In this document: positions 27,311 through 37,697 of the stretch, piece by piece
How positions within the stretch are numbered: position 1 is the first letter of the stretch
How the letters are laid out: each line of letters opens with the position of its first letter
Assembly (NCBI GenBank): GCA_964291235.2
Contig: OZ219816.1
Coordinates: 928,001 to 992,000 of the forward strand
DNA from: Vicinamibacteria bacterium
GTDB lineage: Bacteria; Acidobacteriota; Vicinamibacteria; Marinacidobacterales; Marinacidobacteraceae
DNA: 64,000 nt
Direction of reading: 5' to 3'
The notes under the pieces: model-generated
Told to the model about the DNA's origin: nothing
Databases searched by the model: none
What the model saw: the letters and a program-made list of their open reading frames with translations, nothing else
Made by a program: the position numbers and the translations under genes

Positions 27311-30300
27311 CTAGAAGCGGAGGGTCCCCCGGAGGAGCATGGTACGGGCGTTCTGCCGGCTCCGGAGCTCCAGGAAGGCGGCCTTCCACGTCCGGTTCGC
27401 GCCGCTATACGTGAACTGGTTGTGGTTTGCCGCGTCGAGCAGGTTGAACGCCTGGGCTTGGATCTCGAACTGGGCGGGGCCGAGATCGAGGATCTTGCCG
27501 AGCGATAGGCCCACCGTGTGGACGGTCGGCGCCGCCACCTGAAGTTCACCCCGGTCCGCGCCGACGATGCGGTAGCGCGTCGCCAGCGGGTTCGAGAAGT
27601 CGTTGTTGGCGCTGCCCGGGCCGTACTGGGTGACCTGCGGGTCATCGGCGCTGAGGCGGTTGATCGGCGGTCCGGACCACGGCCCGGCATTCGCCGTGTA
27701 GCTCACCGCCAGGGTCACGTCGTATGGCATCAGGTAACTCATGCCGCCCCGGACCGAGAACTGTCGCCAGGTCGGCGCGTAGGACAGCGCGCTGGAGTCA
27801 CGCAGCGTGTCGTGCTCGTTGTTGCCGCGCGGCATGTAGAGCGCCTTGCTGGAGTTGAACTTCTCCGGCTGGATGAAGTACGCCGGATCGGTCGGGTTCC
27901 AGTCGCCGGCGAAGCCCTGCCACTGCCGGCTGATGTTCAGCGTGGCCGACATCCGCTCGGTGCGGCGGGTGGTGGTGATCTCGAGGGCGGTGTACACCAG
28001 CTTGCTCCAACTGTTGTTGGTCTGCTGCATGATGTCGCCGTACCCGACGTCCACCGCGCCGTACTGGAACTGGCCCAGCGGCGTGGGCGCGGGCGAGGAG
28101 GACGGGTAGAACCCGTTCTGCTCGAGCAGCGCGTAGTTGTTCGTGTAGCGGCGGTGCACCAGCGCCACGTCCATGGCGAACTGGCCCTGGAACTGGCGGC
28201 GCAGGCCGACGATCGCCTCGTCCACGAAGGGCTGGCCGATATCCGTGTCGAACAGGTATTCCCGGGGGATGCCCTCGGAAGGCGGTGTATAGCGTGAGAA
28301 GTCCGCCACGCCGTCTCCATCATGATCCCACTCTCTGTAGCTGCCGACCGACGATGCCCCGTGGACCCGGGTGATGTTGTCCCGCCCGTTCATCTGCTCG
28401 TGGACCCGGCCGATATTGCCTCGCAGGATGTTGCGGCCGTCCTCGGTGAGCTGGTACGCAAACCCGGCGCGCGGGCCGAGCGCCAGCGTGTTCATCCGGT
28501 CAAAGTTCTGGATGTTGTCGTAGCGCTTCACGAAGTCGGCGCGGACGCCGAGGTTCAGGGTGAGGCGCTCCACCGGCTTCCAGGAATCCTGGAGATAGAC
28601 ACCGATGTCGCTGTCCTGCGCGTCGATGGTCTTGAGGGTATCGATGGGACCGCTGGCATCCCCGGTACGGCTGCGCGTGAACCAACGCGTGCCGACTGCC
28701 ATCGTGGGATCGGTGGTCGGGTTTCCGTTCGCGTCCACGATCGTGTGGTTTTCCGAATTCCAGCCCGTCTCGGTCGCATAGATCGTAGTGCTCGGGTAGG
28801 TGTTCCACGGAGCGGCGTAAACGCCGAAGCCGATTTCGTGCGAGCCGCCGGCGTTGTCCAGGTAATGCGTCATGTCGGCGCGCAGGAGGGCCAGACGGGC
28901 CGGGCGATCCGAGCCGCCCCCGGTGCCGAGCGCGGCGATGCGGCCGCCACCGCTGGTCGTGCCGGAGTCATTCACCGAGTACCCGGCCTCGATCGTGATG
29001 AAAACCGGGAGGCTGTCCAACTGTGGCTGGATCTCGCGCGGCACCTGGGATGCCTTGTCGTTGTACGAGAACGTGAACTGCCCGGTCGTGGAGGCGCCGA
29101 ACACCGACGTCAGCTTGGCGCCATAGAGGTTGCCGCCGGTCTGCACGGTGAAGCGCGGCGCGAGGTCGTACTCGCGGTTCGAGGTGTTCTCGGTGGTGTC
29201 GCGCTGGAAATAGACGTTCAGTTCATGGCTGCCGCTCAATTGCGCACTCACCTTGGCGTAGGGCTGATGGCTCCGAGTCGTGTTCGTGAACTCGCTATAC
29301 ACGGGCGTGCTGCCGAGTCCGCCGCCGATCGGGATTCCGGACAGGTTCGTCAGCCGCTCGATGTCGGTGGAGCCCCGGCTGATCCGGGCCGCCAAGTCGG
29401 CGTACCGGTAGGCCGCAAAGAACCAGGCCTTGTCGCGCATGATCGGGCCGCCGAGCGAAAAGTCGGACTGCCGGACCTGGTGGGCGGTCGGGGTGCCGGC
29501 CGCCGCATCGCGGCCCTCGGGCGGGTCGTACACGCCGAGCGCCTGGAAGTTCGCCTTCTCCGACGCAAACGGGTTGAACCCGCTCGGAAGCTCGTTGTCC
29601 CCAAAGAAGCCGCCGGAACCGGCCTCGTCGCCGGTGCCCCAGTCGAAGTCCTGGAGGTCGTAGGCCGCCGACCCGGTGATGTCGTTACCGCCGCTCCGGG
29701 TTACCACGTTGATGATCAGACCGGTCCCCATCGGGTCCTTGGCCTCGGCGCCGCCGGTCTTCACCGACATGTCCTGCATCATGTCGGCGTTCATTCCGAC
29801 ATAAGTGACCTGCGAATCGGTGTAGCCGGCCGCCGCCATGCCCTCGAGCTGGATCACGTGGGCGAAGTGCTCGGTCGCGTGACCGAAATACACCATGCGC
29901 CCCGACCCATCGTCGAAGGGACGGGCGTTGACGCCCGGGGTCATCTCGAGGAAGTCGCTCCAGTTGCCGCGGGCCTGGATGGGCAGGTCGCGCTGGAGGT
30001 CGCCCTCGATCGTCAGGATGTTTCCTGGGCGCGAGATTTCGAGCATCGGGGTCTCGGCGGTGACCGTGACCGTCTCCTGGACGGTGCTGATCGACATCGC
30101 CGGGTCCACCCCGATGTTCGTGCTGGCGCGCACGAGGATTCCTTCTTGCCGGTAGGTCGCAAAACCGGAAAGCGAGGCTTCCACGGTGTAATCGCCCACT
30201 GGCAGGTTGAGCAGCCGATAGCCGCCCTGACCGTCCGTCACCGTGGTGGCGGGGCTGATGAGCGCCGGGCTCATCGCGGTGACCGTGACTCCTGGAAGCA

Positions 30301-30418
30301 CGGCGCCCGAGTCATCGGTGACCGTGCCGCGAATACTGGAGTCGCCGCCCTGTCCGAACGCGATGGCCGGAAGGACGAGGGACGCCGCGAGAAGCAGCGC
30401 GAAAGTTGACTTCCGCAT
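27311..30418 (-). CDS. TonB-dependent receptor with N-terminal carboxypeptidase-regulatory-like domain (Oar-type)
   Basis: Signal peptide, GTVTDDSGAVLPGVTVT, INVVTRSGGN, YLQDSWK..RLTLNLGVR, terminal Phe; GAGGAGG RBS. Confidence 0.93.
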   Translation of the reverse strand: MRKSTFALLLAASLVLPAIAFGQGGDSSIRGTVTDDSGAVLPGVTVTAMSPALISPATTVTDGQGGYRLLNLPVGDYTVEASLSGFATYRQEGILVRASTNIGVDPAMSISTVQETVTVTAETPMLEISRPGNILTIEGDLQRDLPIQARGNWSDFLEMTPGVNARPFDDGSGRMVYFGHATEHFAHVIQLEGMAAAGYTDSQVTYVGMNADMMQDMSVKTGGAEAKDPMGTGLIINVVTRSGGNDITGSAAYDLQDFDWGTGDEAGSGGFFGDNELPSGFNPFASEKANFQALGVYDPPEGRDAAAGTPTAHQVRQSDFSLGGPIMRDKAWFFAAYRYADLAARISRGSTDIERLTNLSGIPIGGGLGSTPVYSEFTNTTRSHQPYAKVSAQLSGSHELNVYFQRDTTENTSNREYDLAPRFTVQTGGNLYGAKLTSVFGASTTGQFTFSYNDKASQVPREIQPQLDSLPVFITIEAGYSVNDSGTTSGGGRIAALGTGGGSDRPARLALLRADMTHYLDNAGGSHEIGFGVYAAPWNTYPSTTIYATETGWNSENHTIVDANGNPTTDPTMAVGTRWFTRSRTGDASGPIDTLKTIDAQDSDIGVYLQDSWKPVERLTLNLGVRADFVKRYDNIQNFDRMNTLALGPRAGFAYQLTEDGRNILRGNIGRVHEQMNGRDNITRVHGASSVGSYREWDHDGDGVADFSRYTPPSEGIPREYLFDTDIGQPFVDEAIVGLRRQFQGQFAMDVALVHRRYTNNYALLEQNGFYPSSSPAPTPLGQFQYGAVDVGYGDIMQQTNNSWSKLVYTALEITTTRRTERMSATLNISRQWQGFAGDWNPTDPAYFIQPEKFNSSKALYMPRGNNEHDTLRDSSALSYAPTWRQFSVRGGMSYLMPYDVTLAVSYTANAGPWSGPPINRLSADDPQVTQYGPGSANNDFSNPLATRYRIVGADRGELQVAAPTVHTVGLSLGKILDLGPAQFEIQAQAFNLLDAANHNQFTYSGANRTWKAAFLELRSRQNARTMLLRGTLRF

Positions 30419-30503
30419 GGTTCCTCCTCTGCGAGGTGTCTGAGATTTCTTGGGACGCGGACCGACCGGTATCGCTGCCGCGAGGTTGGTAGCGCGAAAA
30501 TAG

Positions 30504-30518
30504 GCAACGATTATGCCA
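30504..30518 (-). promoter_or_regulatory. sigma54 (-24/-12) promoter candidate for the TonB receptor
   Basis: TGGCAT-AATCG-TTGC on the minus strand versus consensus TGGCAC-N5-TTGC. Confidence 0.65.
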
Positions 30519-30664
30519 TGCCTGTGCGCAGGAACGAACACCTTCTCCAAGGATTCGGTTTTTCTTCCATTTACGTTCCCACGGGAACTCTCCCGAACGA
30601 TTCCGGTGTCCAACGAACCGAACGGCACGGTTGGAATCTTGGAGCGGCGATGCGGCGGGATGCC

Positions 30665-32752
30665 CTAGCGGCGCCCTGGTGAGACCCCCGCCCGGAGGGT
30701 GGCGAGCAGCTCCTGCACTTCCGGCTGCTCCGGGTTCAGGCGTAGCGACTGCTCGAGGAAGGGAATCGCCCGCCCCCCGTTCCCGCCCGCGGCGAGTGAC
30801 CAGGAAAGCGCGTTCAGGAGCGCCGGGTCCGGCGCCTGCAGCGGCAGGGAACGTTCGTAGAGTTCCACGGCGCGCGCGTGGTTGCCCGACTCCCGGTGGG
30901 CGTCTCCCAGCACTCGCAGCACCATGGCGTCTTCCGGCGCCTGAGCGAGTGCGGGCTCCAGCAGGCGGACCGCGGCCCGGGGTTCCCCGTCGTCGAGCGC
31001 AAATCTTCCGAGCGCGAGCCGCACCCGCCCGAGATTCGGGTTCTCGCCGAGCGCCGACTCGAACGTCGCGCGAGCGCGCTCGAGGTTCCCGGCGCGCAGC
31101 CACTGTTCCCCAAGAGCCGCGGACACGGCTCCGGGGGATTCATCGGGAGAGTCGCTGAGCCCCCACGGGACCGCGACGCGGCTCCGGGCGTTCAGGTCGA
31201 AAACCATCGACCGGGGTTCCGCGCCCACGTCCACCGAAAGCACGTAGCGGCCGGACTCCCACGCGGTCGTCGCCGGTTGCCAGACGGCGAGTCCGTCGCC
31301 GACCGGAACCTCCTCCTCGAGGAGGGGCTCCTGGGCTTGTCCCGAATCGTCGGCGGCGCTCCAGGGAGTCACCCGGAAGACCAGCAGGTCGTGTCCCGGC
31401 GCCGATGCGATCGCCCGGATCGGGTTTCCAGCCGCCACGACACCGCGTCCGTTGGGAACGAGCTGGGAAACGCCCGCCAGCCACGCGCGCACCCCGGGGC
31501 TCGGAACGGATTGGGGCGGGGCGTGGAGGAGCCAGGGCCGGGAGAACGAGGAGCCGGTTCGGGGAACGCGGAGGCCGTCCTCGAAGACGGTGTATTCGGT
31601 GCGGGCGTCGTTCTTGAGGATTACCCGGAAACGGAAGTCCCCGGGGATCAGGGGAAATGTGCCCCGGTAGGTGAAGGGACGGGCGCCCACCTCCTGAAGC
31701 TGGGTTCCGGTCAGGCGCAGGAAAGGGGTCACGACGAAATCGTGGATGACGTCGCCGTCCGGAGTGGTGACCTCTCCCGTGACTTCGAACCGGGTGAAGT
31801 AGTCGGTTCCCCGTTCCTCCCGGGCGAGCGTGAAGTGCTGCGGCTCGATCTCTATTGCGTAGTGCACGAAGGAGGAGCCGGGTTCGGATCCGGGGAGCAC
31901 TCGCGCGAGTCCAGCGCTCGGCACGAAGTTGAAGAGGTACTCGCTTTCCACCAGTCCCCGGCCCGCTTCTGCCCCGCTGACCCAGTTGGTGTCCAGCAGG
32001 CGGTAGGGCGCCCGGTTGATATCCGACATGAGCGTCTGGGTCTGGAGGGTCTCCATTTCCGGCTGCACCAAACTTGCCGTCACCCCCCGGTCCGCGCGCA
32101 TGGTGATGCTCGCATGGGCGAGTTGGGGCGAGATCTCCTGCAGGGTCACGAAGGCTTCCGCCCGGGATTCGCCGTCCGTGAACGACTGGGCCGGCAGCAG
32201 TTCCTCCGGCTGGTGGATCACGTGGTTGAACTGGATGAAGGGGCCGGCGTTGTATTCCCGGAAGAAGAGAACGTAGATGGGCGGCAGCAGTTGTTCTTGC
32301 CGCGCCAGGTAGAACCAGAGTTCCGTCTGGTAGAGCCCGGGGACGGAGGCGAAGGTCTCCCGCTCTTCGGGTTCGCCGAGCTGGATGTAGATGCGTCCGC
32401 GGTCGGTCAACCAGCCGGGCAGCCCGGTTTCACCGCCGAGCCGGGTGTTCGCGTACTCGATGCGCCGGTAGTGCTCGGTTCGGAACTCGTTCTCCGGAGT
32501 CAGCGGCTCGGGGTCGCGGCGCGACCAGAAGGCGGTGATGAATGCCTCGCGTTCGGCTTCGGACTGGAGCCTCTCGAAGGCGTCCTGTTCCCGGTCGCTG
32601 ATGATGTAGGCGGCGTCGAATTCGAGCCACTGCTGGTGCTCGTCGGAGAGCGGGAAGAGATCCTGCCCGGCGGCGGAAACGGACCCCGCGAGCAGCAGAG
32701 TGGCCACCAGAGCCGGCTGGAGCCGCGTCCGGAGGAGCATGCGCGGAGTCAT
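30665..32752 (-). CDS. GWxTD domain protein with C-terminal TPRs
   Basis: FWSRRDP..NEFRTEHYRRIEYAN, GWLTDRGRIYIQLGEP; signal peptide; TPR tail. Confidence 0.9.
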   Translation of the reverse strand: MTPRMLLRTRLQPALVATLLLAGSVSAAGQDLFPLSDEHQQWLEFDAAYIISDREQDAFERLQSEAEREAFITAFWSRRDPEPLTPENEFRTEHYRRIEYANTRLGGETGLPGWLTDRGRIYIQLGEPEERETFASVPGLYQTELWFYLARQEQLLPPIYVLFFREYNAGPFIQFNHVIHQPEELLPAQSFTDGESRAEAFVTLQEISPQLAHASITMRADRGVTASLVQPEMETLQTQTLMSDINRAPYRLLDTNWVSGAEAGRGLVESEYLFNFVPSAGLARVLPGSEPGSSFVHYAIEIEPQHFTLAREERGTDYFTRFEVTGEVTTPDGDVIHDFVVTPFLRLTGTQLQEVGARPFTYRGTFPLIPGDFRFRVILKNDARTEYTVFEDGLRVPRTGSSFSRPWLLHAPPQSVPSPGVRAWLAGVSQLVPNGRGVVAAGNPIRAIASAPGHDLLVFRVTPWSAADDSGQAQEPLLEEEVPVGDGLAVWQPATTAWESGRYVLSVDVGAEPRSMVFDLNARSRVAVPWGLSDSPDESPGAVSAALGEQWLRAGNLERARATFESALGENPNLGRVRLALGRFALDDGEPRAAVRLLEPALAQAPEDAMVLRVLGDAHRESGNHARAVELYERSLPLQAPDPALLNALSWSLAAGGNGGRAIPFLEQSLRLNPEQPEVQELLATLRAGVSPGRR

Positions 32753-32973
32753 GGGACGGCGTTCATTCTGACCCGAAACGGGTTGGCGCGCATCCGGGCC
32801 AGGGGAAACGGCGCCCGATTGCCTATCCGGGGGGCTCGTTGGACCCGCGCTCCGCGACGACTTTTCCACAAAGCGTCCGGAGGCGGGAAGAAAACGCCCG
32901 AACTCTCGTCCAGGCTGTTATGGACGGCGCTTGCGCCTTCCGTCGCGTCAGACACCCGAGACAGGAGGACCCA

Positions 32974-33483
32974 ATGACACCGACGAAACCGAACCGGGCC
33001 ACGGCCCGGCCGAACCTCCAGGTCACGGGACCGGACGCTCGGGAGACGAAGCCGGGCGGAAACGGTGCGCTCTTCCGGGCGCTGGTCAAAGCCGGGGCCG
33101 ACCCGGAGGCTGCCTATAATGCGGAGGCAGAGGTCGGATCCATGGCTCCCGAAAATGTGGTTGGGCAGCTCGGCGCGCAGATGCAGGTCGGGTTCATGGA
33201 ACTGAAGCAGGTCTGCCGGGAGAACGCTGAGCGGCTCGCCGAGCACAGCCGGAAGCTGGACGCCCTGACCGAGGCCGGGATCGTGCGGGACCGGAAAGTG
33301 GAGGTTCTCGCAGTGGAGGTGAGTGGGCTGAAAGCGGTCCTCGGCGTGGAGGTGAGTGGGCTGAAGGAGGTCTCCGGCGCTCAGATGGGTGCCGTGAGGC
33401 GGGAGTTGCGGCTCGTCTGGGGTGCGCTCGGCATCCTGGTAACGGTCCTGCTTGCGGTCTTCGGTGTCCTGTTCACCCGCTGA
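32974..33483 (+). CDS. Hypothetical coiled-coil protein with C-terminal TM anchor (CCDC90/DUF1640-like architecture)
   Basis: AGGAGG RBS; helical heptads; VEVSGLK repeated; hydrophobic C-terminus. Confidence 0.65.
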   Translation: MTPTKPNRATARPNLQVTGPDARETKPGGNGALFRALVKAGADPEAAYNAEAEVGSMAPENVVGQLGAQMQVGFMELKQVCRENAERLAEHSRKLDALTEAGIVRDRKVEVLAVEVSGLKAVLGVEVSGLKEVSGAQMGAVRRELRLVWGALGILVTVLLAVFGVLFTR

Positions 33484-33569
33484 GTGCCCCGGGGTGGGTT
33501 CGCCCTTCCCGTCCGGCGGCCGGCGTTCGCCTGCGGTCCCCGCGCTTTGACTCAGGGGGACGAACTCGC

Positions 33570-34268
33570 CTACAGCGTGGTCAAGGCTTCGCGGAAGGCG
33601 GCGGCGGCGTTCGCGACTGCATCCCCGTCGTCACCGTCGAGCGTGATGCGGGTCCCTGAGGACCCGGGATAGGAACCGATCTGGACGGTCGGGTGGTCGG
33701 CCACCAAGCGGTCGAGCAACGGGATCAGTTCCTCTTCGGGGCGAGGAATCAGCTCTTCGTCGGCGAAGTAGGCCGGCCCCTCCGGAATGCACTCCGCCAG
33801 GATCTCCAGCTTCCGTTCGAAGACCGGCGGCAGCCCGGGAAGGATCCAGACGTTTCGCATGACGACCACCGGCCAATGCCCGGACCGGCCCTCGCGGAGT
33901 TCGCACCCTGCCGGAACGCGGGCGAGATCACGGTGGGTGACTTCGAGGCCGCGCATCCGCAGGGCTTCGAGGAAACGGGGGTGATGGATCACCCCGATTC
34001 CGAAGGCGCGGGCGATCCCCTCCATGGTCACGTCGTCGTGCGTGGCGCCCACCCCGCCCGAGGTGAACAGGAAATCGTGGGTGGCGGCGAGCCCGGCCGT
34101 CTCGGCGGCGATCACGGCCGGATCGTCAGCGATCGTGACGACCCGCTGGAGAGCGATTCCCTTCTGCCGTAGCAATCGGGCGAGGAGCCCAGTGTTGGTA
34201 TCCGCGACCTTGCCCGACAGGATCTCGTTGCCGATCACCAGGAAGGCGGCGTTTCGGCGGAGAGTCAC
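33570..34268 (-). CDS. Molybdopterin-binding-domain protein (CinA N-terminal-like)
   Basis: IGNEILSGKVADTN, SGGVGATHDDVT, LPGLP, IGSYP; GTG start inferred. Confidence 0.87.
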   Translation of the reverse strand: MTLRRNAAFLVIGNEILSGKVADTNTGLLARLLRQKGIALQRVVTIADDPAVIAAETAGLAATHDFLFTSGGVGATHDDVTMEGIARAFGIGVIHHPRFLEALRMRGLEVTHRDLARVPAGCELREGRSGHWPVVVMRNVWILPGLPPVFERKLEILAECIPEGPAYFADEELIPRPEEELIPLLDRLVADHPTVQIGSYPGSSGTRITLDGDDGDAVANAAAAFREALTTL

Positions 34269-34309
34269 GGAAGGATCTCGGGCCGGGTCGCCGCCAGTTC
34301 GCCCGCGAG

Positions 34310-35164
34310 TCAGGGCTCGCTGACGAGGTAGGCGATCCAGGTCTCGTCGGCCGAGCCCTCGGCGACCTCTTCGAACTCGCCGTTTCCGTCGCCGTTTTCG
34401 TCGGCGCCTTCCCAAAGAACCGCGGTTTTCGAGAACCCGGCTTCGGCCAGCAGTTCGCGGAGTTCGGGAAGCGACCAGAATCGCCATTGGTAACGAAACG
34501 CGTTCCGGAGCCGGCTGCCGTCCGGGAACTCGTAGTGGATCGCGCAGCGCATGCGTCCGCTGATGGGATCAAACGCCACCTGGTCCCAAATGAAGTCGAA
34601 ACCGTCTTCCTCGCGGGCGTATTCCTTTTCCTCGTGGCAATCGGAACCGCCGTAGGCGTCCATGAAGAAGAGCCCGTCCGGTTTGAGAGCGCCGCGAACC
34701 CGCTCGAAGTACTCCCGCATCAGGTCCCGCGTTTCGAAGATCCAGTAGCTGAAGTTCATCGCCGCGATCAGGTCCACCCGGGGCTCCCCCACGTCCAGCA
34801 CGTCGCTCTCGATCAGGTCGATGCGACTCTGCTCCGCGCGGCTCAGGCTCGCGATGTTGTGTTCGCGGCCCCACTCCAGGGGGGCCGGATCGAGATCGAC
34901 GCCGATGGCCCGGTTTTCGGGACGGCGCGCGACGAATTCGCACGAAAGAGCGGCCGTCCCGCAAAAGTCCTCCCGGAAGGAACGGGCCCGCCGCGCCCGG
35001 CGACGGTGAAATTCGTCATCCAGGAAAGCGGCGTCGAGCGGCGCGTCCTGAACGGAATTCTGGTAGAGCAGATAGCGGTCCGCCCGGTCGGCCATCGACG
35101 GACGCCGCTTTCGGCCACGGCTCGTGCCGCGACTCATGCCGCGGGACCGGACCGACTGCGCCAT
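34310..35164 (-). CDS. Class I SAM-dependent methyltransferase
   Basis: LYQNSVQ, REDFCGTA, GVDLD, MNFSY, LKPDGLFFMD. Confidence 0.85.
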   Translation of the reverse strand: MAQSVRSRGMSRGTSRGRKRRPSMADRADRYLLYQNSVQDAPLDAAFLDDEFHRRRARRARSFREDFCGTAALSCEFVARRPENRAIGVDLDPAPLEWGREHNIASLSRAEQSRIDLIESDVLDVGEPRVDLIAAMNFSYWIFETRDLMREYFERVRGALKPDGLFFMDAYGGSDCHEEKEYAREEDGFDFIWDQVAFDPISGRMRCAIHYEFPDGSRLRNAFRYQWRFWSLPELRELLAEAGFSKTAVLWEGADENGDGNGEFEEVAEGSADETWIAYLVSEP

Positions 35165-35222
35165 GGCGAACCCTCGAAGCTGAGATGCAGGAAAATCAGG
35201 GGACTCGTTCCCCGCCGCTCTT

Positions 35223-35621
35223 TCAGTGCAGCGTGACCGGTTGGCTCAGGGTGAACTGCGCGATCTTGACCTTGAAGCGATCGCCCCCCGGGACTTCCAT
35301 CAGGTAGGACCCGCGCATCGACCCGAACGGAGTGCGGAGGGGACACCACGAGGAATAGTGGAAGGACTCGCCCGGGACCAGGTAGGGGCGGGCGCCGACG
35401 ACGCCGGGGCCACGGACCTGTTCCACGCGATCTTCGCCGTGTTCGATGACCCAGTGCCGGCTCAGCAACTGCACCAGTTCCGGCGACTCGTTGGTGATGG
35501 CGATGTCGTACCGAAACAGCCATGCGGGGTCCGGCTCGGGGCGCCGGTCGGCAAAACGCGCTTCCACATCGACCCGGATTCCGCGGGTTGTGGCGGAAGA
35601 AGTGAAGACCTCCTGGCGCAC
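35223..35621 (-). CDS. apaG: ApaG protein
   Basis: Y.I.ITN, QLLSRHWVI, VRGPGVVG..P.L.PGESFHYSS.CPL.TP.GSMRG. Confidence 0.95.
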   Translation of the reverse strand: MRQEVFTSSATTRGIRVDVEARFADRRPEPDPAWLFRYDIAITNESPELVQLLSRHWVIEHGEDRVEQVRGPGVVGARPYLVPGESFHYSSWCPLRTPFGSMRGSYLMEVPGGDRFKVKIAQFTLSQPVTLH

Positions 35622-35687
35622 GGTTTTGATCGTAGCACGCGGACGGTTTTGGCTAGGGTTTCGCGCGTGAGGAATCCTGGAGGCCGG

Positions 35688-37673
35688 ATGCGGCGCCTGG
35701 CGGTGCTCCTTGCGGCGCTCTCGGTGACGCCGTCAGGCCTTGCCGCAGCGCCGCCCGGAGCCCGTCTGCTGGTGCTCGCGGTGGACGGCGGCGGCTACGA
35801 ACTCGTCCACGAATTCCTCCGTGAGGGAGTCCTTCCCAACTTTGCCCGGCTCCGCGCCGAAGGCGCCTTCTCGGATGGCATGGTGACCGCGTTCCCCACG
35901 AAGACCGCCGCCTCGTTCGCCATGATCTGGACGGGCCTTCCCGGGAGGGACAACGGGATCACCGGGAACGCGGTCCTCGCGCTGCCGGCCGGGTCCCATA
36001 CCTTGCTCGACACCCGGGACGGGTTCTCGGCGGAGTTGCTGCGCGCCGACCCGCTCTGGACCCGGGTAGCGCGCACCGGACGGCGCGCGGTCGCACTGCA
36101 CACGACCCACACCTACCCGCTCGACGCCGCGCTGGGCCGCCTGGAAGCGGACGAGCGCGGTGATCTCTTCATCCTCACCGGTTACGGCGACGTCCGGCTG
36201 CCCCCGGCAACCCTGAACGAGGTTCGGAATCCCCTCCTTGCCGAAGCGTCCGTTCCTCTTGCCGAGGCGCTGACCGGTTCAGGGGGAGGCGGCCGTCCCG
36301 GGTTCCTTCGGTTCGAGGTCGGGGAAGCACGCTTCCTGGGGGTCTTCGTTGACGATCCGCTGAATCCCGAGAGCGGCTGGGATACGTTCGGGGTGCTGGA
36401 GGATCCCGCCGACCGGGATCCGGATGGGCGCGCGCCGGTCTGGTTGGCGCGGGTCGGGACCGGGCCGGATGCCGCCTTTTCCGGGGCGATCAGCGCCGAA
36501 TCGGCGGGCGTCCGCATCGAGTTCCAGGTGCGGGCCTTCGCGGCGGTCCCTCCGGGTGCTGATTCGCCGGCGCGCTACGTCGTCTTTCGGGGCGGAGCGA
36601 GCGAGGTTGCCACCCACCCGGCGCCGGCCTGGCGAGAGCGGTTGGGGTCGTCGGGGTGGCCGCGGACGGTAGGGGCCCCGGAGTACGCCTCCGGCCGGCT
36701 CGGACGGACCGGAGCCGAGAGCGGCGACGGGACCGCCGAGTCCCGCCTGCTCGAGATCGCCGGCGCGGTTGCCGATTCCGCGCTCGTTCACCTCGATGCC
36801 GCCGCGTCGTTGCCGGAGTGGGATCTCATCGCGCTCTACCTGCCGATCGCCGACGAGATCGGCCATCTGCTCTACGGCCGGCTCGACGATCGGCTCGCGA
36901 CCCATGACCCCGCGCTCGCGGAATCCCTCCGGCCGGTCCTTGCCGGCGCGTTTCGTGAGGTGGACCGGGTGCTCGGACGCCTGTTTGCGCTCGCGGAGGC
37001 CGCGGACGCCCACCTGATGGTGGTGAGCGATCACGGAATGTCCGGCACCGATCGGCTGTTGCACGTGAACGTCGCGCTCGAGCGGGCGGGGCTCCTCGCT
37101 TTCGACGCCGACGGGCGAGTGGATCTCTCCCGCACCAGAGCCATGGCGCCCCCGACGGCGGACGGCAGCGTGGCCATCAACCGGATCTCCCGCCCGGAGG
37201 GAATCGTGCCGCCGCCCGAGGAAGCGGAGGTGCTGGCGGCGGTGCGATCGGCGCTGCTCGGAATTCGCGCCGATGGTGAGCCCGTGGTAACCGGGTTCCT
37301 CAGCCCGGCCACCGGCGGGCGGGTGCAGCCCGGCGGGGCAACCACCGGCGATCTCTTCCCCCTGCTGCGGCCGGGATTTCTTTCCTCGGCCCGTCCTGCG
37401 GAGCACGTCGTGATGTCCGATCGCCCGGCGGGGAACCATGGTTTTGCGCCTACCCGGCGCGACATGCTGGCGGTGCTGGCCGCCTGGGGGCCGCGGATTC
37501 CGGCACGCACCGAGTGGCCGCGGGCCGGCGCTGTGGATGTGGTGCCTACGGCGCTCGATCTGCTCGGGCTACCGGTCGATCCGGCCCTGCCGGGGCGCTC
37601 GCTGCTCGGGGTGGCCCCGCTGGTTCGCCCGTCGGGGGCGGCCGGGGGAACTTCGTCGCCCAGCCAGCGTTAG
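35688..37673 (+). CDS. Alkaline phosphatase superfamily (nucleotide pyrophosphatase/phosphodiesterase) protein, exported
   Basis: LAVDG, FPTKT nucleophile region, DEIGH, VSDHG, GNHGF, DVVPT. Confidence 0.85.
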   Translation: MRRLAVLLAALSVTPSGLAAAPPGARLLVLAVDGGGYELVHEFLREGVLPNFARLRAEGAFSDGMVTAFPTKTAASFAMIWTGLPGRDNGITGNAVLALPAGSHTLLDTRDGFSAELLRADPLWTRVARTGRRAVALHTTHTYPLDAALGRLEADERGDLFILTGYGDVRLPPATLNEVRNPLLAEASVPLAEALTGSGGGGRPGFLRFEVGEARFLGVFVDDPLNPESGWDTFGVLEDPADRDPDGRAPVWLARVGTGPDAAFSGAISAESAGVRIEFQVRAFAAVPPGADSPARYVVFRGGASEVATHPAPAWRERLGSSGWPRTVGAPEYASGRLGRTGAESGDGTAESRLLEIAGAVADSALVHLDAAASLPEWDLIALYLPIADEIGHLLYGRLDDRLATHDPALAESLRPVLAGAFREVDRVLGRLFALAEAADAHLMVVSDHGMSGTDRLLHVNVALERAGLLAFDADGRVDLSRTRAMAPPTADGSVAINRISRPEGIVPPPEEAEVLAAVRSALLGIRADGEPVVTGFLSPATGGRVQPGGATTGDLFPLLRPGFLSSARPAEHVVMSDRPAGNHGFAPTRRDMLAVLAAWGPRIPARTEWPRAGAVDVVPTALDLLGLPVDPALPGRSLLGVAPLVRPSGAAGGTSSPSQR

Positions 37674-37697
37674 TCCGGACAGGCGCTTCGGAACACC

